A stretch of DNA of 64,000 nucleotides, from NCBI GenBank assembly GCA_951406725.2, contig OX597817.1:32984001-33048000 (forward strand). Direction: 5' to 3'. Under the pieces are notes generated by a model. It was not told the DNA's origin, searched no databases, and saw only the letters and a list, made by a program, of their open reading frames with translations. Within the stretch, counting starts at the first letter, position 1; every line of letters starts with the position of its first letter. Of this stretch, positions 1 through 12,774 are shown one piece after another. Source of the DNA: Octopus vulgaris. Lineage: Eukaryota. Made by a program: the position numbers and the translations under genes.

Positions 1-138
1 CTTTTTCTTCTCCAGAAATCGTCTCATAAGCATATTTCACCCCTTGATTTACAAGCAGTACCCGATTCTACATTATAAATGTCGGTGATATTTAGCAATA
101 GCCCGACATTAACGATGATTGATTTCTGTTTTTTTTTT

Positions 139-172
<34 letters not shown>

Positions 173-1800
173 TCAATATCTTTACGCCCTGTTTGTGATA
201 GCGTGGCATGTCACTTATCTTTCTTCTCATGTGTTGAGAATGTTTACGTCTGTTCTCATTACGATCTCGCTTCATGCCTCTCTCTTCGGACTTATATATA
301 TATTACCTTTTGGTAACCTTACGTTAGTACCAGTATTTTAGTAGTTATTCTAATTGGATTCAGTTTTTTTTATTTTTTACGAAACTATTTTCAAAAGAAA
401 TACACAACATATAAGGGTTGAGTAAAGCTATATCTAATAACTGGATTTTATCTAATTGGATTTTATTTCATAGTTTTAACGACATACATCAATTACTCTA
501 CATCAATTACCCGTTTCTCTCTCTCCCTTTCTCTTTCTGTTTTGTATGTTTAAGGAGGATGTTTCGATATGCTTTAAGGGAGCACGCATCCCTTTTTTCA
601 TTCTCTCCTCTTTCACATATCATCCTCTTAGCCCTCTTATCTTGAATTCTTTGCTGATGTTCAGCCTCAAATATAACTGAATCGAGGAAGTTCTATTGAT
701 AGCATAAAAGCAAAAACAGTCTTGTTACATAGAATGCATGCAGCAAAATGGTGCCTAGATTTTAATTCTTAGACTCCCAGTTTTCTAACACGCTCTTTCT
801 ACACATAAAACAAATTTACACATACTTTTTGTTTCTTATATTGAATGTTCATTAAGTTTCTAGTTTTTGTTTCATGTCTATAATTTTACATAGTTTTCCT
901 ATTACTTTGCTGTTAATTTTTTCTTTGCAAAGGCACAAAATGTACAGTTACCAGGGATTTCTTAGCTCTGATATTCTTGCTTTCCAAAGCGCATTTGTAA
1001 CACATGATGATATATATTCGTATCCAAATATTCCCATGTAAATATTGGTGTCATGATCCTTTGACAAGTGCTCTTAACCTATTTCCCGTGATGTTTTGTG
1101 TGTGCGTGTGTCAATACTAGACAGTCCCAGCTTGCACTGGCCAAATCCATTTTGTTGACACGAAGTGTTCGGTAATGAAATTAACACGACTTCACTTTAG
1201 CAAGTACTGATCAGGTTTAAAGAAGTAATGGTTTCTTACATTTAGAAGTCTTACTCGGTGTAATTAAAACTATATATATATATATATATATATAAATATA
1301 TAATAAACTATATATAAATATATAAGGGGGGTATTTGGGGGAGGGACGGGCGGAAGTTTTAGCATATAAATAAACTATATATAAATATATGTATATATAC
1401 TATATATAAATATATGTATATATGCTATATATAAATAAATTATATATAAATATATGTATATAAATATACTATATATAAACATAAACTACATATATATTTA
1501 AACTATATATAAGCTACACACACACACACACACTCACAAATAAAGGTACAAAGTTTGCGACTAACTTTCCTTTTCTTTACATCACTATTTTCAACTATTC
1601 TGTTTAACCATTGATTGGATTTATTTTACTGTAAATATCAACCGTGCATCTAAAATTAGCGGTACTCCAGTATTTTTTCTTTAAACAGAATTTCAATAAT
1701 CAATTGAAAAAGCCAAGCAAGAAAGGTGCTCGCATGCAAGCATGCACATGTAACAAGCATTCTTCGTTTGTCTCGTTATTACTTTAATAGCAGCATTATT
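1..1800. promoter_or_regulatory. CpG-retaining region at the window start; possibly the flank of an upstream promoter or regulatory region
   Basis: CpGs are frequent to about 1.8 kb and then drop sharply. G-run cluster with a GGGCGG box at 1326-1353. No SINEs. Confidence 0.35.
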
Positions 1801-2649
1801 CTATATACAGGGCCAACTTCTTCTCTATCTCCCTTCCTCCCTACCTGACTTGTTTGGGAATTGTCTGCCTATTTCTCACTAAGGGTTGCATCTGCTACTA
1901 AACTGAAAAGGGAATATCATATAAAACAGGTGACACACAAAGAGTCGGTTTCATTTTTTTACCCCATCATTCTACACACTAACTACCCCCCACCCTTTTT
2001 TTTCTCTTATATTTCTCTTCTGCTTTTCATTCCTCCCTACTTTCTCTTTTACCTTCTCTCTCTTCCTTTTTCTGTCTTTGAGCCCTCTTACAGTGTGATG
2101 TGTATGTTGCTAGCCATTTTAGTTTTGTACAAGCTTTCCTCTAAACCAATTACTTTAACTGACAAAATAACTTTCTCAGGAATGCCATTTCATTAATCCA
2201 ACTTCTCACTGATCCTGGGAACTGCTTACAGCCATTCTACTGCCTTAGAACATAAATGGTTTTGGGTTTATTTAGTTATTTATTTTTAATTGCCTAAACC
2301 CTAAAAGATGTTGGTGAATTCTCTTTGATGTTGCAAGATAAGTAACCAGGTACTAACTACTATTTTGTTAGTATGAAAATTCAGTTCCTCATATATTAAA
2401 ATACATTGATAATAATTTCCTTTAGATATTGCATTAATATTTAGTTCTAAAAGTATATTAATTTGCACCAAGTTTATTTTAACATTAATGCTGAATTTTA
2501 GTCAAATATTCAGTAATCAACTGAAAAACAAACAAACAAAAAAACAAACCAGACATGAAAGGGGTTTCATGTTTGCACAGGACCCTTCTTAGTTTCTCTT
2601 CCCATCTCTTCTGTAGCATCAGTAAATTAAATAATTTTAAAAAAATACT

Positions 2650-3160
2650 GCAGGAGTGGCTACGTGGTAAGTAGCTTGCTTACCAACCACATGGTTCCGG
2701 GTTCAGTCTCACTGTGTATCTTTTACTATAGCCTTAGATTGGGATAATGAACTAGCCCCGGCAAATCTAATACATGGATTGGATGGTTTGATGGAAGCTG
2801 GCCAGCAGGGGATCTACCCACGTCCCAATTGTCTATTTTGGCTTGTTTTCTATGACCAGAAGTCCTTTCTTAATGCCAACCACACCACAGAGTATACTGG
2901 GTGCTTTTACGTGGCACCAGCACAAACTTACAGTAATAATAATAATTTTTTTAATGATTAAGTAATGAGTTTTAGGCAAGTAGCGGTAACTGGTAGACAG
3001 AAACTGAAAGAAGCCCGCCATATATATATATATATATATGTTTGGTGCCCCCCTCCCACATCGCTTGACAACTGATGTCGGTGTCCTGGAGTTGATTTGT
3101 TTGACTAAAGGCGGTGCTCCAGCATGGCTGCAGTCAAATGACTGAAATGGATAAAATGAT
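2650..3160 (+). mobile_element. tRNA-derived SINE, family B (CORE-like), disrupted by a templated insertion
   Basis: Head gcaggagtggctacgtggtaag..ggttcagtc; tail ggcggtgctccagcatggctgcagtcaaatgactgaaa; middle replaced by a copy of 6454-6668. Confidence 0.8.
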
Positions 3161-3381
3161 ATGGAAACAGTTTTGAAACAGGATTTATTCACATACCATA
3201 ACAAAAATTTATGATTTGCCCACATATTGTGAAGAGTGTTAAAAATTATCTTATCTATGCTATAAGTTTACTTAGGAGGTCAAATAGTCAAGATGTATTA
3301 ATCCTGAATTGAATTTTTTAAGTGTTTTATAACCTTGCTTCTTAATAGTCATGGAGGTTACTTTGATAAGTGATAATACTG

Positions 3382-3788
3382 CTCAAGCACAGCAGGTCAC
3401 CCTACAATCCAAGGTAGAGCACAGCAGATCGTCCTACAATCCAAGGTGCTTTTGAATGAGCTAAATCAACTTCTATAAAATTTCAACTCAAATAGCTACA
3501 GAATATCGAACTCACATTTTTTACCAACCTAGTAAATTTTTACCTTTATAAAGTATTCAGTTTCATCATCATCAAAAGTGGATGTTAAACGATGATGATG
3601 ATGATGAAACTGAATACTTTATAAAAGTAAAAATTTGCTAGGTTGGTAAAAAATGTGAGTTCGATGTTCTGTAGCTATTTGAGTTGAAATTTTATAGAAG
3701 TTGATTTAGCCCATTCAAAAGCACCTTGGATTGTAGGACGATCTGCTGTGCTCTAGCTTGGATTGTAGGGTGACCTGCTGTGCTTGAG
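3382..3788. repeat. Long near-perfect inverted repeat (192-bp arms, 23-nt spacer)
   Basis: 3382-3573 (ctcaagcacagcagg...cagtttcatcatcatc) is the reverse complement of 3597-3788, with about 5 mismatches by eye. Confidence 0.95.
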
Positions 3789-4150
3789 GAGACCTATTGA
3801 GTCAAGTACATCAATATCAAAATAAAAATCAAATAGAAATTGTAGTTGTGATACCTGTGCCGGTGGCACATAAAAAGCACCATCCAAGCGTGGCCTATGC
3901 CAGCACTGCCTTGACTGGCTACAGTGCCGGTGGCATGTAAAAAGCACCAACTGATCGTAGCTGTTGCCAGCCCCCAGTGGCCCCTGTGCCGGTGACACAG
4001 AGTGGTTGGTGTTAGGAAGGGCACCCAGCTGTAGAAACACTGCCAGATCAGACTGGAGCCTGGTGCAGCCTCCTGGCCTCCCAGACCCCAGTCAAACCGT
4101 CCAACCCATGCTAGCATGGAAAACGGACGTTAAACAATGATGATGATGAA
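3770..4150 (+). mobile_element. 3' end of RTE LINE (or RTE-tailed short element) with (GAT)n tail
   Basis: Ends ccaacccatgctagcatggaaaacggacgttaaacaatgatgatgatga, the same terminus as the RTE fragment ending at 45834. Confidence 0.75.
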
Positions 4151-5867
4151 GCATTTTTTGTTTTGTTTTTTGATATAAAGTGTATGTATGTATCAATTGC
4201 TAATGACAAAAATGTTATTTCAATATACCGCTATTTTGCAGTTCCTAGTAACGAAGCTTACATTCATTTATAATGACTGTTAATGAAAACGAAATGCTTA
4301 CCATTTCCTATAAATAGCTGTTTATTTTAGAGGACTCTGTTATATTAGGTTTAATAATGTAACTTGTAACTAAGCAGTATATAAAGTTATTGGCTCATCA
4401 TGGGTGTGCTAATTTAATTTATTTCTGCAAGATTATTCTGTGGACAAGAATCCTAACTATTTAATCATTATAATCTTCAACATTCTAAGTAGAATTGCAT
4501 TTGAATATTTCTGTAATTATACCAGTCTTTTTATGACTTGTATGTTATGTACCGAGAAAGTGTGCAGGAAATAATTTTCTCGATTAATTTAGTCATTAAC
4601 ACAAAGAACAAAATAATTTATGGCAAATGAGCAGTAATGATTTTTCTTACGTAGCAATAACATTTTCTTAAATATGATTTACAAGGGAGAAAAATGAGTT
4701 TGCGATGTTCATGCTAAACTGAAGCTCAGCCAATCATTCAATGTTTTTCTTCCATGGAAGTATCATATAGACAAGGTGTTGTTTGAAGCAGGATGTTGCT
4801 CAAGCAATTTTATTCCAGAGTTCAAAAATGCAGAGTGACCAGTCACAATATTGGCAAGGAATGTTGACATCATCACTTTTGTGCAAGTGGTGACATCAAT
4901 GTTCATGTTTATATGGCAAGCTAGAACTCATTAAGTCAACAGATAGGAGTCCTACTAGTTGAATGGTCACTGTTGATTGAGTGCTGGGCTCTGTTTTAGC
5001 AAAGCTCTTTAACTCTGCCCAGGCTCATCTGTAAATGTTTACAAAATAGATATAGATTTTTACTACTTGAAATTTGGATGTAGAATAATTGAGGAGGGTT
5101 TCATTAGCTTGTACTTCTGAGCTTCAACCAATGCCCTGTGAGTGAATTGGATACATTGTGTGTGTATGTGTTTGTGTCTGTTTGTCCCCACACAAACATA
5201 CTTTTAAACAGCCAATATTCATTTATGTACTTGTAACTTAACAGTTCAGCAAAAGAGACTGATAGAATAAGTACCAGACTTTAAAAAATAAAAAAAAAAA
5301 TACTGTGGTTGATTTGTTCCATTAAAACCTTTCTTCAAGGCAGTGTCCCAGTATGGCTGCTGTCCAATGATTGAAACGAGTAAAAGATAAAAGAATATTG
5401 TTGCCAATTTATCAAAAGTATATTTATTTAAAACAAAATTACTCTTTGCGTGTTTGTTCTCTGATCTTTCCAAGTTGTTACTTTCATTTCTTTAAAAAAA
5501 ACTTTTTCAAAAAATAAATAAAAATAAGTGACTGAAAAAAAACAACAAAAAAACCCAGTTATAATTAAAAAAGATATTTCAGGAAATCATTTTATATAAT
5601 GCTGGAGATGTATTTGGTGCCAATTTTGATATGCACCTTGAAAGACAACAATGTTGATTTAAATTGTGGAATTAGCAACTTGAATGAGCAGCTTGCTAAT
5701 CTAAGGAGCTGGCAAGTTGACAAGATAAATTGTGGAACAATGAACAATATGGTGTGGGTTTGGAAAGCCACCTTTGTTACATTTCTTCTGAAACTTATCT
5801 AACTTCACTTGCACTATATAACAAAAACAAGGTACTTGTTTTTACAGACAGGTTTTCTTTTTCTTTA

Positions 5868-5904
<37 letters not shown>

Positions 5905-8434
5905 TTAATCCATTAGGCTCGGCTCTTCCAGTATGTTCTATTGTTGAGTTAGTTGTCAGATAAACTTCAAACACTAAAAATCAGCTTTTAGTTTTTATTT
6001 TTGTTTTATTAGTTCTTGCTTCCTTTTTAATTACTAGTTTTTAAAAAATAAATAAAAGTATTTGGTTTTCCTTGTGCAAAAATTAAAATATTTGCTTGTA
6101 GATTCCCTGAAAATGATAGTTTTATTTCATTCAATAATACTGAGAAAAATTTTTGAGGCAGGCTTTTTGCCTGACCCATACAAGCATGGAAAAGTTGGTG
6201 GTGCCCCAGCATGGCCGCAGCCTTCGGGCTAAAACATTTTAAAGGATTTTAAGTATTAAAATGGTGGTGGATTTGGGTGGTATTGGTTAAAAAGGATGAG
6301 ACAGACAAATTTTGGAAATGATTCTTTTTTTTTTTTTTTTTTTTTGTAAGGATATAATGAATAAACTAAACTAGAAATGATTTACAAATTGTATTTAATG
6401 AAATAATATTGCTACAACATTATCATTATTTAACATCCACATTTCCATGCTGGCATGGACTTGATGGTTTGATGGGAGCTGGCCAGCAGGGGAACTACCC
6501 ACGTCCCAATTCTCTATTTTGGCATGGTTTCTATGACCAGATGCCCTTTCTAATGCCAACCACACCACAGAGTATACCGAGTGCTTTTACATAGCACCAG
6601 CACAAACTTACAGTAGTTATTTTTTTTAATGATTAAGTAATGAGTTTGAGGCAAGTAGAGGTAGCTGGCTTTAGTAACATGATGTAATACCTTCTGTGCT
6701 GTTAAGTTTTCTGTACTTGTAGTCTACAACTTGGTTTGATTCTTAGCTGTAACCATCTCACATATGTAACTTAGACTTGGGAAGATATGAATGCCACAGT
6801 TTCCCTTTTCTTAAATGTATCTGAGGATTGTTACTAGTGCAGCGAATTATCTAGCAGTTATCCTAAATTTTAGCTTGCTTTTTTCAAAATTTATTTTTTA
6901 AGATTACTAGCCTCTTTGAAATTTCTATTTGCAATTTAATGGTTTAAATCAGTGGTTCTTGAACAGGGCACCACATATTAAAAAAAATATATAATTTAAG
7001 GGTTTAGGAAATATGAATGTTTAAGTGTCTTGGAAAATATGCTTTTCATAAAGCAAAGTTTTTCATACACACGAAGTGCACCAGTAAAATGTTAACTTCC
7101 AATATAAAAAACACCAGTAATTTTGTCCCTCCACTTTCATCTCCAGTATGCTATAGATTTAGAAAGATTAAGAATCACTGGTTTAAATTATTGATCTTGT
7201 TTTGTTCAGTGAAGGTGCATGGCCTAATGGTTAGGATATTTGGCTCATGATCATAATGTCACGGGTTCAATTCCAGGCCCAAGTAGTGCATTGTGTCCTT
7301 GAGCAAAGTAGTTCATTTCACATTCAGTTTGCTCAGCTGAAAATGAGTGCCAGCCTATTGTTAACAGAGCATTCTCTCTGCTCATTCTGGATGTGTTGTT
7401 GGGTAAAGGACGGGAGAGCCACAAGGGTACCTGTGTCTAATTGGGGCTACATAGGTAGCTAAAATAATTACTAAAAGCATGTTGCATTGTTACCAAACCT
7501 TACTCGTTTGTGGGAGATGACTGGTTCTTTATGTAAACCTAGTTCTTGTCTTCATATTCTTAAACTATGAAGAGCTGCTAAGATTATTGTTTAATAATGT
7601 GAATAAAGGAGAGTGGATCCAATCTTCATTTCCTAATATTTGAATTCATTATAGTTTTTATTTTCCAATTTTATTTAGAATTATGGGAAAATCACAATAT
7701 TGGTGGATGATCTCTTTAATTTTGTTGTGCAAATATTTTGGAGCAATAAACTCTTTATTGATTAATGCAGTGTAAAAGTTGAAAACCTTGGCCTAGAAAT
7801 TGATTGCTATTTGATTTTAAAAAAGTAAATGTAATGTACACTGAGTGTTTTCAGGTCTTACATACTTTTATAAGCCAATTATGTGGTCATTCAGCCTACT
7901 AGAAACAGCAGCCTAATTTTGAAACTTCACCTTACTGTCTTTCAAAAAAAAAAAAAAAGTAAAAAGAAGACACATTACATAAGATAATCTAAAAGTACAG
8001 AATGAATGAAAAAAAAGACATTATGTTTATGGCTGGAATACTGTTGATCATAGATTAGTTTGATCAGGCCTTGCCTTGGGCTTAACAACAATAACAATAA
8101 CAATGTGGTCTTATGATAGGTTATAAGTCTAGAAAGTGCATCATCATCATCATAAAGGAGAAAAAAAAAAATCATAATTTCTGTAAAGGTAAATGTTCAA
8201 ATTTATCCTGAGTTATTAAATAGTATCTGTTCTATAAACTTGTAATGGCTAGTTTTAGATTTATTACCTTGTGTGTATTTAAAAAAAAATGATTATTCCC
8301 CCCCCCACCTTCTTTTTAAGTTATAGAAGTATTCAGTATTCATTTCTTGAAGAGTAGGAGTTGGCAGAATCTGTTGAACACCCAGACCTTTCTTGTCATG
8401 AGTTCATATTCTATCTAGGTTTATTATTATACTA

Positions 8435-8660
8435 AGGCGGTGAGCTGGCAGAATCATTAGCACGTTGGGCGAAATGCTTAACAGTACTTCACCAGTTACT
8501 ACGTTCTGAGTTCAAATTCCGCCGAGGTCAACTCTGCCTTTTGGGGTCGATAGATTAAGTACCAGTGAAACACTGGGGTTGATGTAATCAACTAGTCCTC
8601 TCCCCCCAAATTGCAGGTCTTGTGCCTATAGTAGAAAGGATTATTATTATTATTATTATT
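8435..8660 (+). mobile_element. tRNA-derived SINE family A with (TTA)n tail
   Basis: ggcggtgagctggcagaatc (A box)..gagttcaaattcc (B box)..gccttttggggtcgatagattaagtaccag..agaaaggattattatt. Confidence 0.85.
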
Positions 8661-9451
8661 CTCATCATCATCCATCTTCAATTAAAAAACAACACCAATA
8701 ACATACTCAATTTTGATTCAGTCAGCAAATAGTCGTCTTCTCTATAAATTAGATTCTAACTAAATTGACTTTGCTTTCTCTATTAGTTAACTCTTTAACA
8801 GTTTACAACTTGATTGATGTAGAATATAAAAAAAAAAGAAAAAAAAGAAAGAAAAATTTTGTGAAAGCTTTCAGATTATTTAAATGTTCAGATTTCTTTA
8901 AAATATTCCATTAAAAAAAATTTGTTCCAGTTATGTAAATGGTGTAATAGCAGCTTCTAAGGTTGTTTTTATTTTTATTTTTTAATGCATGGCATCATCT
9001 TACAAAAAAAAAAGTTAGAATATTAACCTTTTAGAACTTTCACTTAGCTGTTCTAAGATTGATGTTAGTTGAGCCACATCAATCTCACCAGTATGTAATG
9101 ACCTGGAAAGGTCATGGGCATGACCCTTCTTCCTCAACTTATTAGAAATAACTGTTCACTTGTTATGATTGATAGTTTTTAAAAAAAATTTTTTAAGACT
9201 GTCTGTTGTTAAGTAGTTAACTTCAGGTGGAAGATTTATAATGACAACTGGCATATCCCGAAGGAAAGAATTGTTGGCTTTGAAAACAATGAAGTCTGTT
9301 TGACTGATGGCCTTGAGTTAACTTTGGTTTAAATTATTCAGCTTATCTACTAAGGTCATACTGATCTGAATGTATACTGAATAATTATCTGCATAGTTAG
9401 TCAGAAAATTCTACTACTAAAATAAATAAATAAATAAATTATATATATATG

Positions 9452-10015
9452 CATATCTGAGTACAGGACATCACCAACGGTGCAAATAACATGAAATACG
9501 TAAACAAGAAGAAAAAATAATGGAATACAGGACAAGTAAACACAGAGAAAGGACCCTTCATCAGTTGTTGGCTGTCTGTCTACTCCTCATTTTGAGAACA
9601 ATATGATTCTTCAAAGACAGTCGCTCCCATAAATTCTAAAATACAATTTAGGATTTATGGTGGGTCAAAGTTAAGAGCAAAAAAAAATGACAGTAGAGAC
9701 ATGGAAAGAAACTGAACAAAAACAAACATGAAGGGTCATATATATATATATATATAAAATAATTATAATTTGAGGGAATATTATTCCAAACTTACAGGAA
9801 AAAATTCAATTTAGAAATACTAAATCAAATTTCACAAAATATAATATATATATAAATTAGAAAAAAACCCACCTTTTATCAATTCAAAATGAAAAATTAA
9901 ATTATACCATCTAGAAAATCACATATTATAGAAAGATTAAATATAAGATAAAAAAATATACCGATGATTAAGTAATGTACAAAATAATAAATAAAATGTA
10001 TATATTTGGCAGAAT

Positions 10016-10020
<5 letters not shown>
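9452..10020. mobile_element. Possible Penelope-like terminal-repeat fragments nested in (TA)n microsatellites
   Basis: Two A-rich blocks, each bounded by (TA)n. The minus strand of 9550-9625 has a hammerhead-core-like arrangement. The family assignment is inference. Confidence 0.3.
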
Positions 10021-10069
<49 letters not shown>

Positions 10070-10706
10070 CATACATACAAATAGTAATTGTCCAGTCCAT
10101 GCCCGCATAGAAAACAGATGTTGAACAATAATGAGTATTGTAATCTTTAAATGAAAAGGTCCAGCATGCTTTAATGCTCTCTAGCAAACTTTTATTTACT
10201 ATTCCAATAATTTTTGCAAAATATATTTAAAGCAAATTAAGACCTCACAGATCTCCTTAGATTAACAATAACATCACACTGTTGTTATTGAATTATGTAT
10301 AATTACGATAATTTACGTCTCTGACCTAGCTTCATTTAAATTGTTCATTAGCTTATTGGCTAATTACAGTGAGGTATATCATGTAATGTTTTTCTGTTTT
10401 TTATCAGTTTGAGATATTATAAGAGGAAAACAAGCTTTTAGAAAGCTCTTATCTGTGCTGATTTGTTGATTTTTAAGTTTCTCATCTTCACTGTTTGATC
10501 ATATCTTAAGGAAAATAACTACAATAACCTACTGTATAAAGTAATTCAGATAACTGCTTCATGTATTTTTTTTCTCTTTCTTTTATTTGCTAATAATCAC
10601 AGTTAAAACAAAACAATTGCCAGCAGATTTTAGTAGCTAGTATGATGACATAGTTGTAAAGGCAAAATCTTCGTTCATATCTAATGTTACATATCTTTGA
10701 AGTAGA

Positions 10707-11082
10707 TACTCTCTTTTACTTGTTTCAGTCATTTGACTGTGGCCTTGCTGGAGCACCGCTTTTAGTTGAGCAAGTCGACCACAGGACTTATTCTTTGTAA
10801 GCCTAGCACTTATTCTATCGGTCTCTTTTGCAGAACCGCTAAGTTACGGGGACGTAAACACACCAGCATTGGTTGTTAAACGATGTTGGGAGGACAAACA
10901 CAGACACACATGCATATATATATATACATATATATGACAGGCTTCTTTCAGTTTCCGTCTACCAAATCCACTCACATGGCTTTGGTTGGCCTGAGGCTAT
11001 AGTAGAAGACACTTGCCCAAGGTGCCATGCAGTGGGACTGAACTTGGAACCATGAGGTTGGTAAGCAAGCTACTTATCACAA
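10707..11082 (-). mobile_element. tRNA-derived SINE family B, near full length
   Basis: Reverse complement of the copy at 59286-59686. Confidence 0.85.
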
Positions 11083-12357
11083 AGCTAGGACATGTGTTGC
11101 ATGCTTGGATAATTGTTCCAAGCAGATTTTAGTAGAGTGAGTTTGTGTCTTTGAGTGAATTTTCTCCAATGATGGAGTCCTCTGTCAGTTAAAACTAAAC
11201 CACCCAGCGACAAAGATAATTCTATCTTATCTGGCATTCTCTTTCTCTAAAGTATGTTTGACATAATCTTTGTAAATGGCTTTTAGATATTAGTGTCAGC
11301 AACATATTCAAAAGGAACATGTAGATAATGTAAAATATATCTATTTGGATGTTGAGAAAACAGCAGACTCCATGGTTACCAGGGAACAATCTGAAAGAAT
11401 TGGTTTCAAATTGGGAAAATTTGTAAAATTTGTAACACTATTATCTAAATAGTGGTGAATTTAGTTGACAAACATGAGGACCAACCAATTCACCTACATG
11501 ACCTTCTATCAAAAGTTTAAAGCTGAAAACACTTGAGATAATTGTATTACTGTATGGGAATCTGGGGTGCAGAATTTAATTTATGAGGAGAAGGAATATG
11601 TGTGTGTGTACATGTAATTTTGTCTGCATATAAGGTTGGGTTGATGAACATAGAATTCAAAACATATTTTGTCTGCAGCCATAAAAGTATTTAACTGTAC
11701 TGGTTTAACCAAAATTTTAAAAATTTGGATGTTTCCAAACTGTTTAATAGTGATGTATTTTAATGTGTCATGCACTTTTTTTTTTGGCTCTATTCAAATT
11801 GTAATCAATTTCATCAACATCACCACCATCATCAGGTGTCTGCTTTTTCATCCTAAAATTAATTTTTATTTTAATGAACCTGTTTATAATATTCACATTC
11901 AGTGCTGCTTTAATTAGGTTTTATAATGAACTCAATTTTTTGATATCTCCACACACACACACACACACTGCTTCCTTTCTACATCATCTTGAAGCAATAA
12001 ATATTCAACTTTATGCATAAACCCTCCACTCATGTCCCTATAAATTTTTTTTTTCTTTTAAAATATTTGATGGCATTTTCTTTTTACTTGGCCAATGTTG
12101 TCCTCCCAGTTTTTCCTTTCTTTCTGCATATACATTGAGTCTAATCTCTTAGTCATAGTTAGAGCAGACATCGTTATCATCATCATTACTATTAATATTA
12201 TTAGTTTTTCTTCTTCCTTCAATTGTTTCTATATTTTGCTGTCTTCCTGACACCTGGGGCAAAGAAACCTGCTATATACATTGATAGGTCATTAAAATAC
12301 ACACATTAGACTGTTCATTTTCAAAAATCAAATAAAGGTATGTAAAAGAAAATACAT

Positions 12358-12682
12358 AGGTGCAGACATGGCTGTGTGGTAAGAAGCTTACTTCCCAACC
12401 ACATGCTTCCAGGTTCAGTCCCACTGTGTGGCACCTTGGGCAAGTGCTTCTGCTATAACCTCAGGCCAACCAAAGCCTTGTGAGTGGATGGTAGATGGAA
12501 ACTAAAAGAAGCCTGTGGTATATGTGTGTGTGTGTCCTGCCATTGCTTGACAACTGATGTTGGCAAAAGACTGACAGAATAAGTAGTAGGCTTACGAAGA
12601 ATAAGCCCTAGGGCCAATTTCTTTGATTAAACGTGGTGCAGCAGCATGGCCAAAGTCAAATGACTGAAGCAAGTAAAAGAAT
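12358..12682 (+). mobile_element. tRNA-derived SINE family B
   Basis: A/B-box-like head, CORE-like accttgggcaagtg, family tail. Confidence 0.8.
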
Positions 12683-12774
12683 ATATATATTGCATGGAAT
12701 TTTATTGTTCTGTCAGTGACAATGCCCTTCTCAATATGTGTGAAGTACCAATTATTATTATTATTATTATTAAA

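Noticed and set aside
2650-2715. tRNA-like sequences with A/B boxes (many copies)
   Set aside because: These are SINE heads that continue into repeat bodies; no complete cloverleaf.
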